Positions 39,061-48,976 of a stretch of DNA of 64,000 bases are shown in pieces. The stretch is from Christensenella sp. UBA7862. GTDB taxonomy: Bacteria; Bacillota; Clostridia; Christensenellales; UBA1242. Position 1 is the first letter of the stretch. Each line of letters opens with the position of its first letter. The stretch covers positions 12,100 to 76,099 of the forward strand of contig DLSM01000003.1 in assembly GCA_002500135.1 (NCBI GenBank), read 5' to 3'. The notes under the pieces were generated by a model. It was not told the origin of the DNA and did not search any database. It saw only the letters and a list, made by a program, of their open reading frames with translations. The position numbers and the translations under genes were made by a program.

Positions 39061-42000
39061 TTAAGCTGTTTTATCAGTTTTGATGTTTTGTTCTTCGGAA
39101 GAATTTTTGATTGCGTCTTCAAGTTTGACAGAAACAATCTTGCTGACGCCCCTTTCTTCCATCGTCACGCCATAAAGTGAGTCAGCAAGCATCATAGTTG
39201 GCTTTCTGTGTGTGATGACGATAAATTGAGTTTCCTTAGAAAAGTTCTTAAGATATTGAGCAAATCTTGAAACGTTGCTGTCGTCAAGAGCAGCCTCAAT
39301 TTCGTCAAGCAAGCAGAAAGGCATTGGTCTTAGTCTTAATATTGCAAACAAAATTGCAATGGCTGTAAGAGCCTTTTCGCCACCGCTTAAAAGGGTTATG
39401 CTTTGAAGTTTCTTCCCTGGTGGTTCTGCAACAATTTCCACGCCTGCTTGAAGTGGGTCTTCGCTTTCTGTAAGTTCAAGTCTTGCATTGCCGCCGCCAA
39501 ATAGTTCCCTAAATGACTTTGAGAAGTTGGCTTGAATTTTTGCAAATTCAGCGTCAAATCTTGTTATCATTTCTTCTGACAAGTCTTTGATAATCTTTTG
39601 CAAGTCTTCCTTTGCTGTGGTCAAGTCTTGTGCTTGAGCGTTTAGTTCTTCATATCTTGTCATAAGTTCTTTGCAATCTTCAATGGCATTGACGTTTATA
39701 TATCCAAGTTTTGAAATTTCTTTTTTAAGTCTTGAAATTTCAATAAGCCCTTGTTTTAGGTCAAAATTTTCCACTTTAAGTGGCAAACATGAAGCATAAG
39801 TGAGTTCATAATCTTCAAAAATCTTTTCTTGCATTGCTTCAATATCTGTGTCCACTTTTGCAAGAGCGTTTGTTTGTTGATATTTCTTTTCTTGCACAAG
39901 GCTAATTTCGGTCATGAGTCTTGCTTTGTCTTCGTCAAGTTTCCTAATTTCATATTGAAGATTTTGCTTAACTTGGTCTAGGCTTGCAAGTTTGCTCTTT
40001 GCCTCATCAATCTTGGCTTTAAGTCCGTCATCGTCATGACTATCAACACTTGTGTCCACCATTTCTTGAGCAAGTTCCACACTTTCTTCAATTTTTGCAA
40101 TATTGGAAGAAATATCTGTTATGTTGAAGTTTGCCCTATTTATGTATTCGTCAAGTCTTGCAATTTCAGTTGAAATATTAGAAATTTCATTTTCAAGCGT
40201 TGTTTTTTCAATTTTAAGTTCAGTTATTGTGTTTTGAAGTTCATCACGCTTTGAACGAAGCTGATTGAACAATTTTTGATTATTTTCAATCTGCTTAGAG
40301 CCAGCGATATTCATATCGACATCGCCCTCAACGCTTGCAAGAGCCTTTGTAATAACTTCAATTTTGGTTGCGAAATCAATCTTTTCTTGACTGAGTGCAA
40401 TTCGCTCTTTATTAAGTTCGTCAACAAAAACAGATAGTTGCTCCAAGTTTTGTGCTTGTTTTGCACTTTCCACTTGCGAAACAACAAGTCTTGATTGCAA
40501 ATCTTCGTCAATTTTTGTAAGTTTTGCAAGTTCTGCTTCAAGGGTTGTCTTAAGGTTTTTAAATTCCTCAAAATTCTTTGAAAGTTTATCAATTTGAACG
40601 GTCAAGTTCTCAATTTCGTTATCTCTTGTTAAAAGGTTTGATGTAACAGCCTTTTTGCTACCGCCAGACATAGAACCTTGAGTGCTTACTACATCGCCGT
40701 CAAGAGTAACTATTTTGAAAGTGAAATTGGTTTGTCTTGCAAGCGAAACTGCTGTGTCTATTGTATCAACAACAACTGTTCGCCCAAGCAAACTTTCAAA
40801 CACCGCCTTCAAACTTGAATCAAATTTCACAACGTTTGACGCAACGCCATATGTTTTGTTTTTGGCAACAATATTTTTTTCACTGTCACTCAAAAGTCTA
40901 ACTTTCATAGCGGTTATTGGCAAGAAAGTTGCTCTGCCATAGTTATTGTGTTTTAAATAGTTAATAAGATATTTTGCATCTTCTTCGTTTTTTGTAATAA
41001 CGTCTTGAACTGCCCCGCCAAGTGCCACTTCTATCGCCGTTTCAAAGCCTTTTGGAATGGTCATTGCAGAAGCAACAATATCCACAATTTTGCTCTTAAG
41101 TTCTACCTTGCTCTTTGCGTCTTGCATAAGCCTTTTGACAGAATAGTTAAAGCCGTCATAGTCCCTTTGCATATCTTCAAGCACTTTCTTTCTGTTTTGC
41201 AAAATTTGAATGTTTGAAGTGCTTTGAGCAAGTCTTTCATTGTTTTCTTTTATTCTATTTTGAACGGTTTGGAGTTGCTCTCTTGCTCTCTGTGCTTGAG
41301 AGGTTAGTTTTTCGTGAATATCTTGTGCGTTTCTTGAAATTTCTGTTGCTTGAGATAACGCATCTTCTTTTTCTTTAATCCTTGTCTGCAAAGAGTAAAT
41401 TCTGCTATCTAGGTCGGAAATATTGCTTTGATAAGCGTCCTTTTGAGCATTAAGAGCGGATATGTTTGACTTGATGTCCGTCATTTTGGACAATTCGTCA
41501 ATCATTTCTTTTTGCTTCTTTGTTGCTTCGTCCTCTGCCCCAGTCAATTCGTCAACAATCTTAAGGTATTGCTCTGTCATGTCGTCAAGTTTGTATGAAA
41601 GCGTCCTAAGCCGTGCTTCCTTCACTTCCTTTTCTTGCTCGTTAACTTCAACAAGTCTAACAGAGTTATCTCTGTTTAATGTTTCTTTTGCCAAGTCTTC
41701 CTTTAATGATGACATTTCGTCAAGCAAAAATTTAAGTCTTTCTTTCACGACATTTGCTTCGCCTGTTTTCTTCTCAAGTTCCACAGTGTGAGCAAGAATT
41801 TTGTCGTTGAGTTCTTGCAAGGTCTTGTCAATGTTTGACACTTCACCCATTTTTGCGTCATAATCGCTGTTCATTTTGTCAAGTGATGATTGTTTTGACG
41901 CAAGTTCTTCTTCAAAGCCATCAATTTTTGTTTGAATGGCTTGTTTTGTGTCGCTTGCACTTTCATATTGATTTACATAAACATTGACTTCATAGGTCTT

Positions 42001-42666
42001 GAGTTCATCTTTGTATCCAAGATAAAGTTTAGCGTTTTCTGCTTGTTTTTTAAGAGGTCCCAGTTGCCTTTCTTGTTCTTGCAAAACGTCAAGCGCTCTG
42101 TTCAAATTATCTTGTGTTCTATCCAGTTTTCTTTCCGCTTCAATTTTGCGTTGTTTAAATTTTGCAATGCCTGCTGCTTCCTCAAAAATTGCACGTCTAT
42201 TTTCTGGCTTTGCACTGATAATTTCTTCAACCTTGCCTTGTCCAATGATTGAGTATCCCTCTTTGCCTATGCCCGAATCGTGAAGAGCATTGACTATGTC
42301 TTTCATTCTGCAAGGGGTGCCGTTTATTAAATATTCACTTTCGCCCGAGCGATAAAGTTTTCTTGTAAAAGCCACTTCATCAAAGTTTAAGTCAAACATT
42401 CGTGATGAGTTGTCAAAAAACAAAGACACTTCGCAATAGGACATGCTCTTTCTTTTTTCTGTGCCATTAAAAATAACTTCTTGCATGTTGCTGCTACGCA
42501 AGAGTTTTGTGCTTTGCTCACCAAGCACCCACCTTATGGCGTCTGATACATTAGATTTCCCGCATCCGTTTGGCCCGACAATTCCCGTTATACCCGCATC
42601 AAACTTAATTTCAAGTTTGTCGGCAAACGATTTAAAGCCCACCAGTTCAATTTTCTTAAAGTTCAT
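39061..42666 (-). CDS. smc: Chromosome partition protein SMC
   Basis: 1201 aa. GPNGCGKSN Walker A, long coiled coils, hinge, LSGGEKALTA signature. Confidence 0.95.
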   Translation of the reverse strand: MNFKKIELVGFKSFADKLEIKFDAGITGIVGPNGCGKSNVSDAIRWVLGEQSTKLLRSSNMQEVIFNGTEKRKSMSYCEVSLFFDNSSRMFDLNFDEVAFTRKLYRSGESEYLINGTPCRMKDIVNALHDSGIGKEGYSIIGQGKVEEIISAKPENRRAIFEEAAGIAKFKQRKIEAERKLDRTQDNLNRALDVLQEQERQLGPLKKQAENAKLYLGYKDELKTYEVNVYVNQYESASDTKQAIQTKIDGFEEELASKQSSLDKMNSDYDAKMGEVSNIDKTLQELNDKILAHTVELEKKTGEANVVKERLKFLLDEMSSLKEDLAKETLNRDNSVRLVEVNEQEKEVKEARLRTLSYKLDDMTEQYLKIVDELTGAEDEATKKQKEMIDELSKMTDIKSNISALNAQKDAYQSNISDLDSRIYSLQTRIKEKEDALSQATEISRNAQDIHEKLTSQAQRAREQLQTVQNRIKENNERLAQSTSNIQILQNRKKVLEDMQRDYDGFNYSVKRLMQDAKSKVELKSKIVDIVASAMTIPKGFETAIEVALGGAVQDVITKNEEDAKYLINYLKHNNYGRATFLPITAMKVRLLSDSEKNIVAKNKTYGVASNVVKFDSSLKAVFESLLGRTVVVDTIDTAVSLARQTNFTFKIVTLDGDVVSTQGSMSGGSKKAVTSNLLTRDNEIENLTVQIDKLSKNFEEFKNLKTTLEAELAKLTKIDEDLQSRLVVSQVESAKQAQNLEQLSVFVDELNKERIALSQEKIDFATKIEVITKALASVEGDVDMNIAGSKQIENNQKLFNQLRSKRDELQNTITELKIEKTTLENEISNISTEIARLDEYINRANFNITDISSNIAKIEESVELAQEMVDTSVDSHDDDGLKAKIDEAKSKLASLDQVKQNLQYEIRKLDEDKARLMTEISLVQEKKYQQTNALAKVDTDIEAMQEKIFEDYELTYASCLPLKVENFDLKQGLIEISRLKKEISKLGYINVNAIEDCKELMTRYEELNAQAQDLTTAKEDLQKIIKDLSEEMITRFDAEFAKIQANFSKSFRELFGGGNARLELTESEDPLQAGVEIVAEPPGKKLQSITLLSGGEKALTAIAILFAILRLRPMPFCLLDEIEAALDDSNVSRFAQYLKNFSKETQFIVITHRKPTMMLADSLYGVTMEERGVSKIVSVKLEDAIKNSSEEQNIKTDKTA

Positions 42667-42731
42667 TATGTTTCCTTTTTAATACTCTTGGCAAAAGGCA
42701 TATTTTATACACCCTTTGCCAAAAGGATATT

Positions 42732-43427
42732 TTATGAATGTTTCCCCTCGACAAGCAAAAGTCTTAACATTTCCTTGTTTTCAAGCGCTCGCTTTGCACA
42801 GTCCATCTGGGCATGTTTCTTGCTTTCTGCCGAACTTCTTGCCACAAACACATCGTTTATGTATGCTTCTGCACAAAATACCCCAGGGTTGTTTGGCATG
42901 GCATAGGTGAAATACACAAGGTTTGCACCTTTCACTTTTTGCACTTCTTCTTGAAGCATTGTTTTGTAGTCAAAGTCCTTTGTTTTGCACGCTTTTGCAA
43001 CGTCTATAAATCTTAACACAAAACGCTTTGCCTTTTCAAGACTGCTATCTGTGTAAATTGCCCCGACCAAACTTTCAAACAAATTTTCCTTTATGCTTCT
43101 TGCAATTTCTTGCCCCGCAAGACTTCTTCCCACTTGCAAAAACTGGTCCAGCTTTTCATTTTCAATGATGTTTGCAAGGGCGTCACCATTAACAAGTTTT
43201 GCACGAAGTTTTGTCATTTTGCCTTCTTCAATGTTAAAGTTTGAATATAACTCGCTTGCAATAACAAAGTCCAATATTGAATCTCCCAAAAATTCAAGAC
43301 GCTCGTTGCTCTGGGTGTGGTGTTCGTTTGCGTAGGATGAATGAGTGAAGGCGGTGTTCAAAATTTGCTTATTTTTAAATGAATAATGAATTATTTTCTC
43401 AATTTTCTTGATGTCCGCATCAGTCAT
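42732..43427 (-). CDS. rnc: Ribonuclease III
   Basis: ERLEFLGDS signature. ATG 43427 lies after GAGGTGA and overlaps the plsX stop. Confidence 0.95.
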   Translation of the reverse strand: MTDADIKKIEKIIHYSFKNKQILNTAFTHSSYANEHHTQSNERLEFLGDSILDFVIASELYSNFNIEEGKMTKLRAKLVNGDALANIIENEKLDQFLQVGRSLAGQEIARSIKENLFESLVGAIYTDSSLEKAKRFVLRFIDVAKACKTKDFDYKTMLQEEVQKVKGANLVYFTYAMPNNPGVFCAEAYINDVFVARSSAESKKHAQMDCAKRALENKEMLRLLLVEGKHS

Positions 43428-44436
43428 CAACTTTCACCTCCAAGCCTTCAACTTGCTCTTTAATTTTTTCACAAAGCCCTTGCTCTGCCAAAGTCTTCAC
43501 TTGGAATATTGCCTTTTCAAACGCCAAAGCGTCACTTGCCCCGTGACCTTTAACAACCAGTTTCTTAACCCCCAAAAGCATTGCTCCGCCATATGCATTT
43601 GCATTAAACTGAGATTTAAGTCTTTTGAAAGCACCTTTCATAAAAAGCGCCCCAACCTTAGACCAAAGAGACTGTTTAATATTCTTTTTAAGTTCTCCCA
43701 AAGCAAAACTTGACGCACCTTCTGTGGCCTTGAGAAGAATATTGCCATAGAAGCCGTCAGTTACAACTATGTCATATTTCCCGCTCAAAAAGTCCCTTGC
43801 TTCCATGTTGCCCACAAAGTTAATTGGCATTTGCTTTAGAAGTTTAAAGCACTCATGGCAAAATTCATTTCCCTTTTTGTCTTCTGTGCCAATGTTTAGT
43901 AGTGCGACTTTTGGGTTTTCAATTCCAAGATACGCTTTTGCATAACTTGACGCCATAATTGCGAAGTGGCAGATATTTATTGGCTTGCAATCAACATTTG
44001 CTCCCGAATCTACAAGCAAAACTTTTTTGCCGTCTTTTGCTGGGATAATTGGGCAAAGTGCTGGGCGGGAAATTCCCTTTATTCTTCCAATTTTAAGAAA
44101 AGCCCCAGTAAGAACAGCCCCAGTTGAGCCACACGACACAAGCCCTACGACATCGTCATTGTGTCTTAGTTCGTCAAAAGCCCTAACAAGACTCGAATTT
44201 GTTTTTGTTTTCACCGCTTCAGTTGGTGATTCATTATTTGAAATGACATCATCGGCAGGCAAAATTTCAATTCGCTCTTTGTCATAAGTCTGACTTGCAA
44301 GAAACCCCTCTATTTCATCCTTTTTGCCAGATAGAACAATTCTTAGGTCTTTATCCTTATTTGTAGCGTTACAAGCACCTTGCACTGCGACCTTTGCACC
44401 CAAATCATTTCCATAACAATCAACAACAATTTTCAT
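43420..44436 (-). CDS. plsX: Phosphate acyltransferase PlsX
   Basis: Start at ATG 44436 (MKIVVDCYGND) after GGAGAG. Full-length similarity to PlsX. Confidence 0.95.
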   Translation of the reverse strand: MKIVVDCYGNDLGAKVAVQGACNATNKDKDLRIVLSGKKDEIEGFLASQTYDKERIEILPADDVISNNESPTEAVKTKTNSSLVRAFDELRHNDDVVGLVSCGSTGAVLTGAFLKIGRIKGISRPALCPIIPAKDGKKVLLVDSGANVDCKPINICHFAIMASSYAKAYLGIENPKVALLNIGTEDKKGNEFCHECFKLLKQMPINFVGNMEARDFLSGKYDIVVTDGFYGNILLKATEGASSFALGELKKNIKQSLWSKVGALFMKGAFKRLKSQFNANAYGGAMLLGVKKLVVKGHGASDALAFEKAIFQVKTLAEQGLCEKIKEQVEGLEVKVDD

Positions 44437-44459
44437 ATTTCTCTCCATTTTTACATAAC

Positions 44460-44488
44460 ATTATAGCAACTTTTTTCTCAAACACAAA
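44460..44488 (-). promoter_or_regulatory. Candidate plsX promoter (extended -10)
   Basis: Minus strand TGcTATAAT with a weak -35 (TTTGTG) at 17 nt. Confidence 0.45.
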
Positions 44489-44489
44489 C

Positions 44490-44521
44490 AAAAATAGCAA
44501 CATAATTTGCGTTTATGTTGC
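44490..44521 (-). terminator. Rho-independent terminator after lysC
   Basis: 9-bp stem GCAACATAA/TTATGTTGC with a 7-nt loop, then a T-rich tail on the minus strand. Confidence 0.6.
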
Positions 44522-44556
44522 CATTTCTTTCCTTTTTTCTAATAAATGAGCGTCAT

Positions 44557-45861
44557 TTAGTCGTTGCAAAACAGATTTTTATGCAAAGTTTTCAGCACTC
44601 GTTCAAAGTCTTTTTGCGGGAAGCCAAATATAATAGACAACCCTTGAGTGCTTTTGTTCAGCATATAAATTTTTGTGCCAAGCGAGTAAATTTCATCAAA
44701 AACCTTTCTTTCCGTCTTTCTATCAAAAGTTGCTCCAACAACACTTACAAGTGCCACATTGTGCGTAATTCTTACACTGTCTGGTGACAATACAAGTGAA
44801 ACTTCCCTAACAATCTCCGCCAAAATTTCATCGCTTAATCCCACTTCTCTTGCCACAACGGAAATATTGTCAATGCCAGTCGGAATATGCTCCACCGTCA
44901 CTCCATTCTTTGAGAAAATGCTTGACACTTCAGATAACTTTCCTAAGGACGAATTTATATTAAACTTTTCAAATGAAACAATGCAAAATCCCTTTTGCCC
45001 CGCAATTCCTGTAAGTTTTTTTTGTTTACATTTTGGCATAATAAAACTTCCTTTACAGGCAGGGTTGAAGGTGTTTCTTAAATTTAAGACAATGTTGTTT
45101 TCTCGCAAAAATCTTGTGCAATCGGGGTGAAGAACATTTGCCCCAGCATAACTTAATTCCCTTAGTTCTGCATAACTAATTTTGCCGATAAGTTTTGGAT
45201 TTTTTGAAAACCTTGGGTCACACTCCAGAAAGCCGTCAACATCAGTCCAGTTTTCATAAACTTTTGCCCCACACAACACCGAAACAACAGCCCCAGTTAT
45301 ATCTGACCCGCCACGAGAGAAAACTTTGACGTTTCCCTTTGCGTCTGCCCCATAAAAGCCGGGAATAATATATTTGTCAGTTTTATTCGTCTTGGAGATA
45401 AACTTCATTTTTGATGTTTCAAGGTCAACTTTTCCATTTTCTGCAAAAGTTATAAAGTCCTTTGCATCTAAAAATTTATATCCCAAATATTTACTAACAA
45501 TTTTTGCCGAAAAGTATTCCCCACGGCTTGCCACATAGTCCAGTGTCGCACCAGATTTTATCTCGCTATAAAATGTGTCTAGCATTGCTTTTATGTCAAG
45601 ACGGGTGCCAAGAGCCAAATCAAGCTCAACCATTCGTTTTGCAAAAAAGTCAAATTCTTTATCAAAATTTTCGTTATTTTTTGCTTTGTTTTGACACGAG
45701 ATCAATGTGTCTGTTATCTTTATATCTTGCTTATTCCTTTTGCCGGGGGCGGAAACAACAACAAATCTAGCACTGCTTACGCTTACAATTTTTGCCACTT
45801 GCAAAACACTTTTTGCGTCCGCAAGAGAGGAGCCTCCAAATTTACAAACCAATTCCTTCAT
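44557..45861 (-). CDS. lysC: Aspartate kinase
   Basis: VCKFGGSSLAD kinase N-terminus. ACT-like C-terminal part. Confidence 0.9.
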   Translation of the reverse strand: MKELVCKFGGSSLADAKSVLQVAKIVSVSSARFVVVSAPGKRNKQDIKITDTLISCQNKAKNNENFDKEFDFFAKRMVELDLALGTRLDIKAMLDTFYSEIKSGATLDYVASRGEYFSAKIVSKYLGYKFLDAKDFITFAENGKVDLETSKMKFISKTNKTDKYIIPGFYGADAKGNVKVFSRGGSDITGAVVSVLCGAKVYENWTDVDGFLECDPRFSKNPKLIGKISYAELRELSYAGANVLHPDCTRFLRENNIVLNLRNTFNPACKGSFIMPKCKQKKLTGIAGQKGFCIVSFEKFNINSSLGKLSEVSSIFSKNGVTVEHIPTGIDNISVVAREVGLSDEILAEIVREVSLVLSPDSVRITHNVALVSVVGATFDRKTERKVFDEIYSLGTKIYMLNKSTQGLSIIFGFPQKDFERVLKTLHKNLFCND

Positions 45862-45911
45862 TTTTCCTACCTATACATCATTGTATTAAAATGTTTTGAA
45901 AAAGGTTTTTA

Positions 45912-46664
45912 TTATTTGTACATATCCTCCATGTCATACATTCCGCACTTCTTTCCATGCACGAACAACGCCGCTTTCATCGCTCCCTCTGCAAAAACAC
46001 TTTTTGAAAAAGCAACATGTGAAATTTCAACACTTTGACTGTCGTTTGCAAACAAAACTTTGTGCGTGCCACAAAAGTCTCCCGCCCTAATGCTGTGCAA
46101 GCCTACTTCGTCACTTCCCCTTGTGCCATAAGTGTGTCTTCCAAGATTTGCAGTTATGTGTGGTCTATATCTTTTTATCTTGTCAAGGAGCATAATTGCA
46201 GTGCCACTTGGAAGGTCAGCTTTTGCCGAGTGATGAGTTTCCAAAATTTCAATATCCCAGCCAGCAAGAATTTTTGTTGCAAGTTCCACAAGTTTGCCCA
46301 CTGCAAAGACACCTTCACTCATGTTGCTTGACCAAAAGACTGGAACAGTTTTTGACAAATCTTCAAGACGCTTTCTTTCGCTTGCTCCAAACCCCGTCGT
46401 GCCGACAACAAGAGCCGTCCCCGTTTTCTTGCAAAATTCCACCACTTGTTCTAAGGCTTTTGGGTGAGAAAAATCTATAACAACATCACACTTCACATCG
46501 TCAAAATTTGTCACAAGTTTTATATTTTCAAAATTGCATGGAAAAGTTGCAATCCGTTCCTTTGTGTCCACGCCGAACACAACATCAGCCCCCTCGAACT
46601 TTTTGCTTGCAAGCAAAATTTCTTGTCCCATTCGCCCGCAAAAGCCATTTATGCAAATTTTCAT
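45912..46664 (-). CDS. dapB: 4-hydroxy-tetrahydrodipicolinate reductase
   Basis: MKICINGFCGRMG dinucleotide fold, HHSAKADLPSGTA block. 250 aa. Confidence 0.9.
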   Translation of the reverse strand: MKICINGFCGRMGQEILLASKKFEGADVVFGVDTKERIATFPCNFENIKLVTNFDDVKCDVVIDFSHPKALEQVVEFCKKTGTALVVGTTGFGASERKRLEDLSKTVPVFWSSNMSEGVFAVGKLVELATKILAGWDIEILETHHSAKADLPSGTAIMLLDKIKRYRPHITANLGRHTYGTRGSDEVGLHSIRAGDFCGTHKVLFANDSQSVEISHVAFSKSVFAEGAMKAALFVHGKKCGMYDMEDMYK

Positions 46665-46713
46665 TTCCCCTCCCCAAAGTCAGTTATTCTCTTTTGTAAG
46701 TTTTTTATGCTTT

Positions 46714-47589
46714 CTATAAAAATTTCTCAAGTGCAGATAAAACAACTTCTTCATTTTTCTTTTCAAGTGGCGTAAGCGGCAAGCGAAGTTCGTTTTTACA
46801 CAAACCCATATGACTTAATGCAAATTTGACTGGAATTGGATTGACTTCGACAAATAATTTTTTGTTAATATCCCACAACTCGTCATGAACTGCAAGAGCC
46901 TTTGCGACTTTCCCCTTTTTGGCAAGCGTCACAAGGCCTTTTATTTGTTTTGGAAGAATGTTTGCTGTCACGCTTATAACTCCCATTGCGCCAAGTGTCA
47001 TAAAGAGAAAATTTAGCCCGTCATCGCCCGAATACACTGCCATTTTGCCGTCAAGTCTGTGACAAAGTTCAACTATTTGCGAAATGTTGCCACTTGCTTC
47101 TTTTATGCCGCAAACATGCTTAATATCCGCCAACTTTTCTGCTGTTTCTGGCAAAATGTTAACTCCCGTTCTGCCTGGGACATTGTAGGCTATTATTGGA
47201 ATGTCAATGCTATCTGAAATTGCTTTATAGTGTTCTATTAGTCCCCTTTGAGTGCATTTATTGTAAAATGGAGTGACCACAAGCACGCCGTCTGCCCCAC
47301 ATTTTTGTGCAAAGATACTTGTTTGAATGGCGGCTTTTGTGTTATTTGACCCCGTTCCGACAACAAACTTTGCTCTGCCAGAAATTGCTTGTTTTGAAAA
47401 CTTTATAACTTCTGCTTTTTCTTCTTGTGACATGGTTGCCGCCTCGCCCGTTGTGCCTAAAACAATAATTGCATCAGTGCCGTTTGACACTTGAAAATCA
47501 ATCATTCTCCCCAGTGCTTCAAAGTCAATTTTTCCTTCCCTAAATGGAGTTGCAATCGCCACTCCGCTCCCTTCAAAAACACTTTTCAT
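46714..47589 (-). CDS. dapA: 4-hydroxy-tetrahydrodipicolinate synthase
   Basis: Start at ATG 47589 after GGAGGGG. GTTGEA and YNVPGRTG motifs. Confidence 0.95.
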   Translation of the reverse strand: MKSVFEGSGVAIATPFREGKIDFEALGRMIDFQVSNGTDAIIVLGTTGEAATMSQEEKAEVIKFSKQAISGRAKFVVGTGSNNTKAAIQTSIFAQKCGADGVLVVTPFYNKCTQRGLIEHYKAISDSIDIPIIAYNVPGRTGVNILPETAEKLADIKHVCGIKEASGNISQIVELCHRLDGKMAVYSGDDGLNFLFMTLGAMGVISVTANILPKQIKGLVTLAKKGKVAKALAVHDELWDINKKLFVEVNPIPVKFALSHMGLCKNELRLPLTPLEKKNEEVVLSALEKFL

Positions 47590-47666
47590 TTTCCCCTCCA
47601 AATTTGTTTTTGCATATTTTTTATATATTTTTATATTATTTTTTGCTACTTTTTGGCTCATTTTTG

Positions 47667-48662
47667 CTATTTTTCGTGCTTGTGATTTATAAGTTCTTGC
47701 AAAATTTGCACTGCATTTGTCGCAGCACCCTTTCTTATATTGTCGGCAACAATCCACATATTAAGAGTATTTTCACAGGAGTTGTCTTTTCTAATTCGCC
47801 CAACAAACACCTCGTCACATTCCTTGCAGAAAAGTGGCATTGGATAGATGTTTTTTTCTGGGTCGTCCATAACAACAACATTTTCAAAATTACTTAAACA
47901 TTTCTTTACTTCTTCCAAAGTAAAAGATTTTTCAAGTTCAATATTTACGCTTTCACTGTGGCAGTCAAAAACTGGGACACGCACGCAAGTGGCGGTGACT
48001 TTTAAATCGTCTTTGTGCAGAATTTTCCTTGTTTCAAAAATCATTTTTGTTTCTTCTTTTGTGTAGCCGTTATTTTCAAAGACGTCAATGTGTGGAATGA
48101 GGTTTGAGAAAATTGGGTGGACAAACTTTTCTGGTTTTTCACCTTTTATGCCTCGTTTTAGGTCGTTTGTGCCACGTTGTCCCGCACCAGAAACTGCTTG
48201 ATAAGTGGAAAAAATAACCCGTTTTAGTCCAAAAACTGTGTCAAGTGCTTTAAGTGGAAGCATTGCTTGAATGGTAGAACAATTTGGATTGGCGATTATG
48301 CCATGATGAGAAAAAATATCTTCTCTATTTACTTCTGGCACGACAAGTGGAACGTCTTTATCCATTCGCCATGCACTTGAGTTATCCACAACAACTGCAC
48401 CCGCTTTCACAAATATTGGTGCAAATTTTTTGGACAATTCTCCCCCGCACGAAAACAATGCATAGTCAATATCTTTGCCCGCAATATTTTCTTCGCAAAG
48501 TTCCATAACTTCCACTTCTTCGCCAAACATTTTTATTATTTTGCCAGCACTCTTTTTGCTTGCATAAAGAAAAAATTTATCCGCACGGATATTCCTTTCG
48601 TGCAGAACTTCAACAAATTTGCCACCGACTTTGCCAGTGACGCCAACTATTGCAATATTCAT
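47667..48662 (-). CDS. asd: Aspartate-semialdehyde dehydrogenase
   Basis: IVGVTGKVG and active-site NPNCSTIQ. Confidence 0.95.
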   Translation of the reverse strand: MNIAIVGVTGKVGGKFVEVLHERNIRADKFFLYASKKSAGKIIKMFGEEVEVMELCEENIAGKDIDYALFSCGGELSKKFAPIFVKAGAVVVDNSSAWRMDKDVPLVVPEVNREDIFSHHGIIANPNCSTIQAMLPLKALDTVFGLKRVIFSTYQAVSGAGQRGTNDLKRGIKGEKPEKFVHPIFSNLIPHIDVFENNGYTKEETKMIFETRKILHKDDLKVTATCVRVPVFDCHSESVNIELEKSFTLEEVKKCLSNFENVVVMDDPEKNIYPMPLFCKECDEVFVGRIRKDNSCENTLNMWIVADNIRKGAATNAVQILQELINHKHEK

Positions 48663-48726
48663 ATTATCTCCCTAGGGCAAATTCTCACCCTTTAAAAAAT
48701 CATATTCCAAATGCCCATATATTGTT

Positions 48727-48756
48727 AAAAAAACTTACCACAAAATCTGTGATAAG
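48727..48756 (-). terminator. Terminator-like hairpin closing the Hint-protein transcription unit
   Basis: Minus strand CTTATCAC-7 nt-GTGGTAAG (one mismatch) followed by T7. Confidence 0.45.
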
Positions 48757-48976
48757 TCTTTTTGTTGATTTTTTATATACCAAATTGAATATTACAAGCA
48801 AATTCGTATCGTTATAACATTCTTAAATACTACGATTTATAATTTATACAATTTTATACTTTTCAATATAACTTGTAAAATATTTCTACAAGATTATTCC
48901 TATAGTATTGTTTTTGCAATAATATTTTCACTTAATTTTATTGTAAAGTTTAATATTGCTCAAAAAATATATCATT

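Noticed and set aside
48663-48976. Lysine riboswitch (L-box) upstream of asd-dapA-dapB-lysC
   Set aside because: This 314-nt spacer is AT-rich. Apart from the terminator hairpin at 48727..48756 I could not find the conserved L-box helices or core sequences. A covariance-model scan would be the decisive test.
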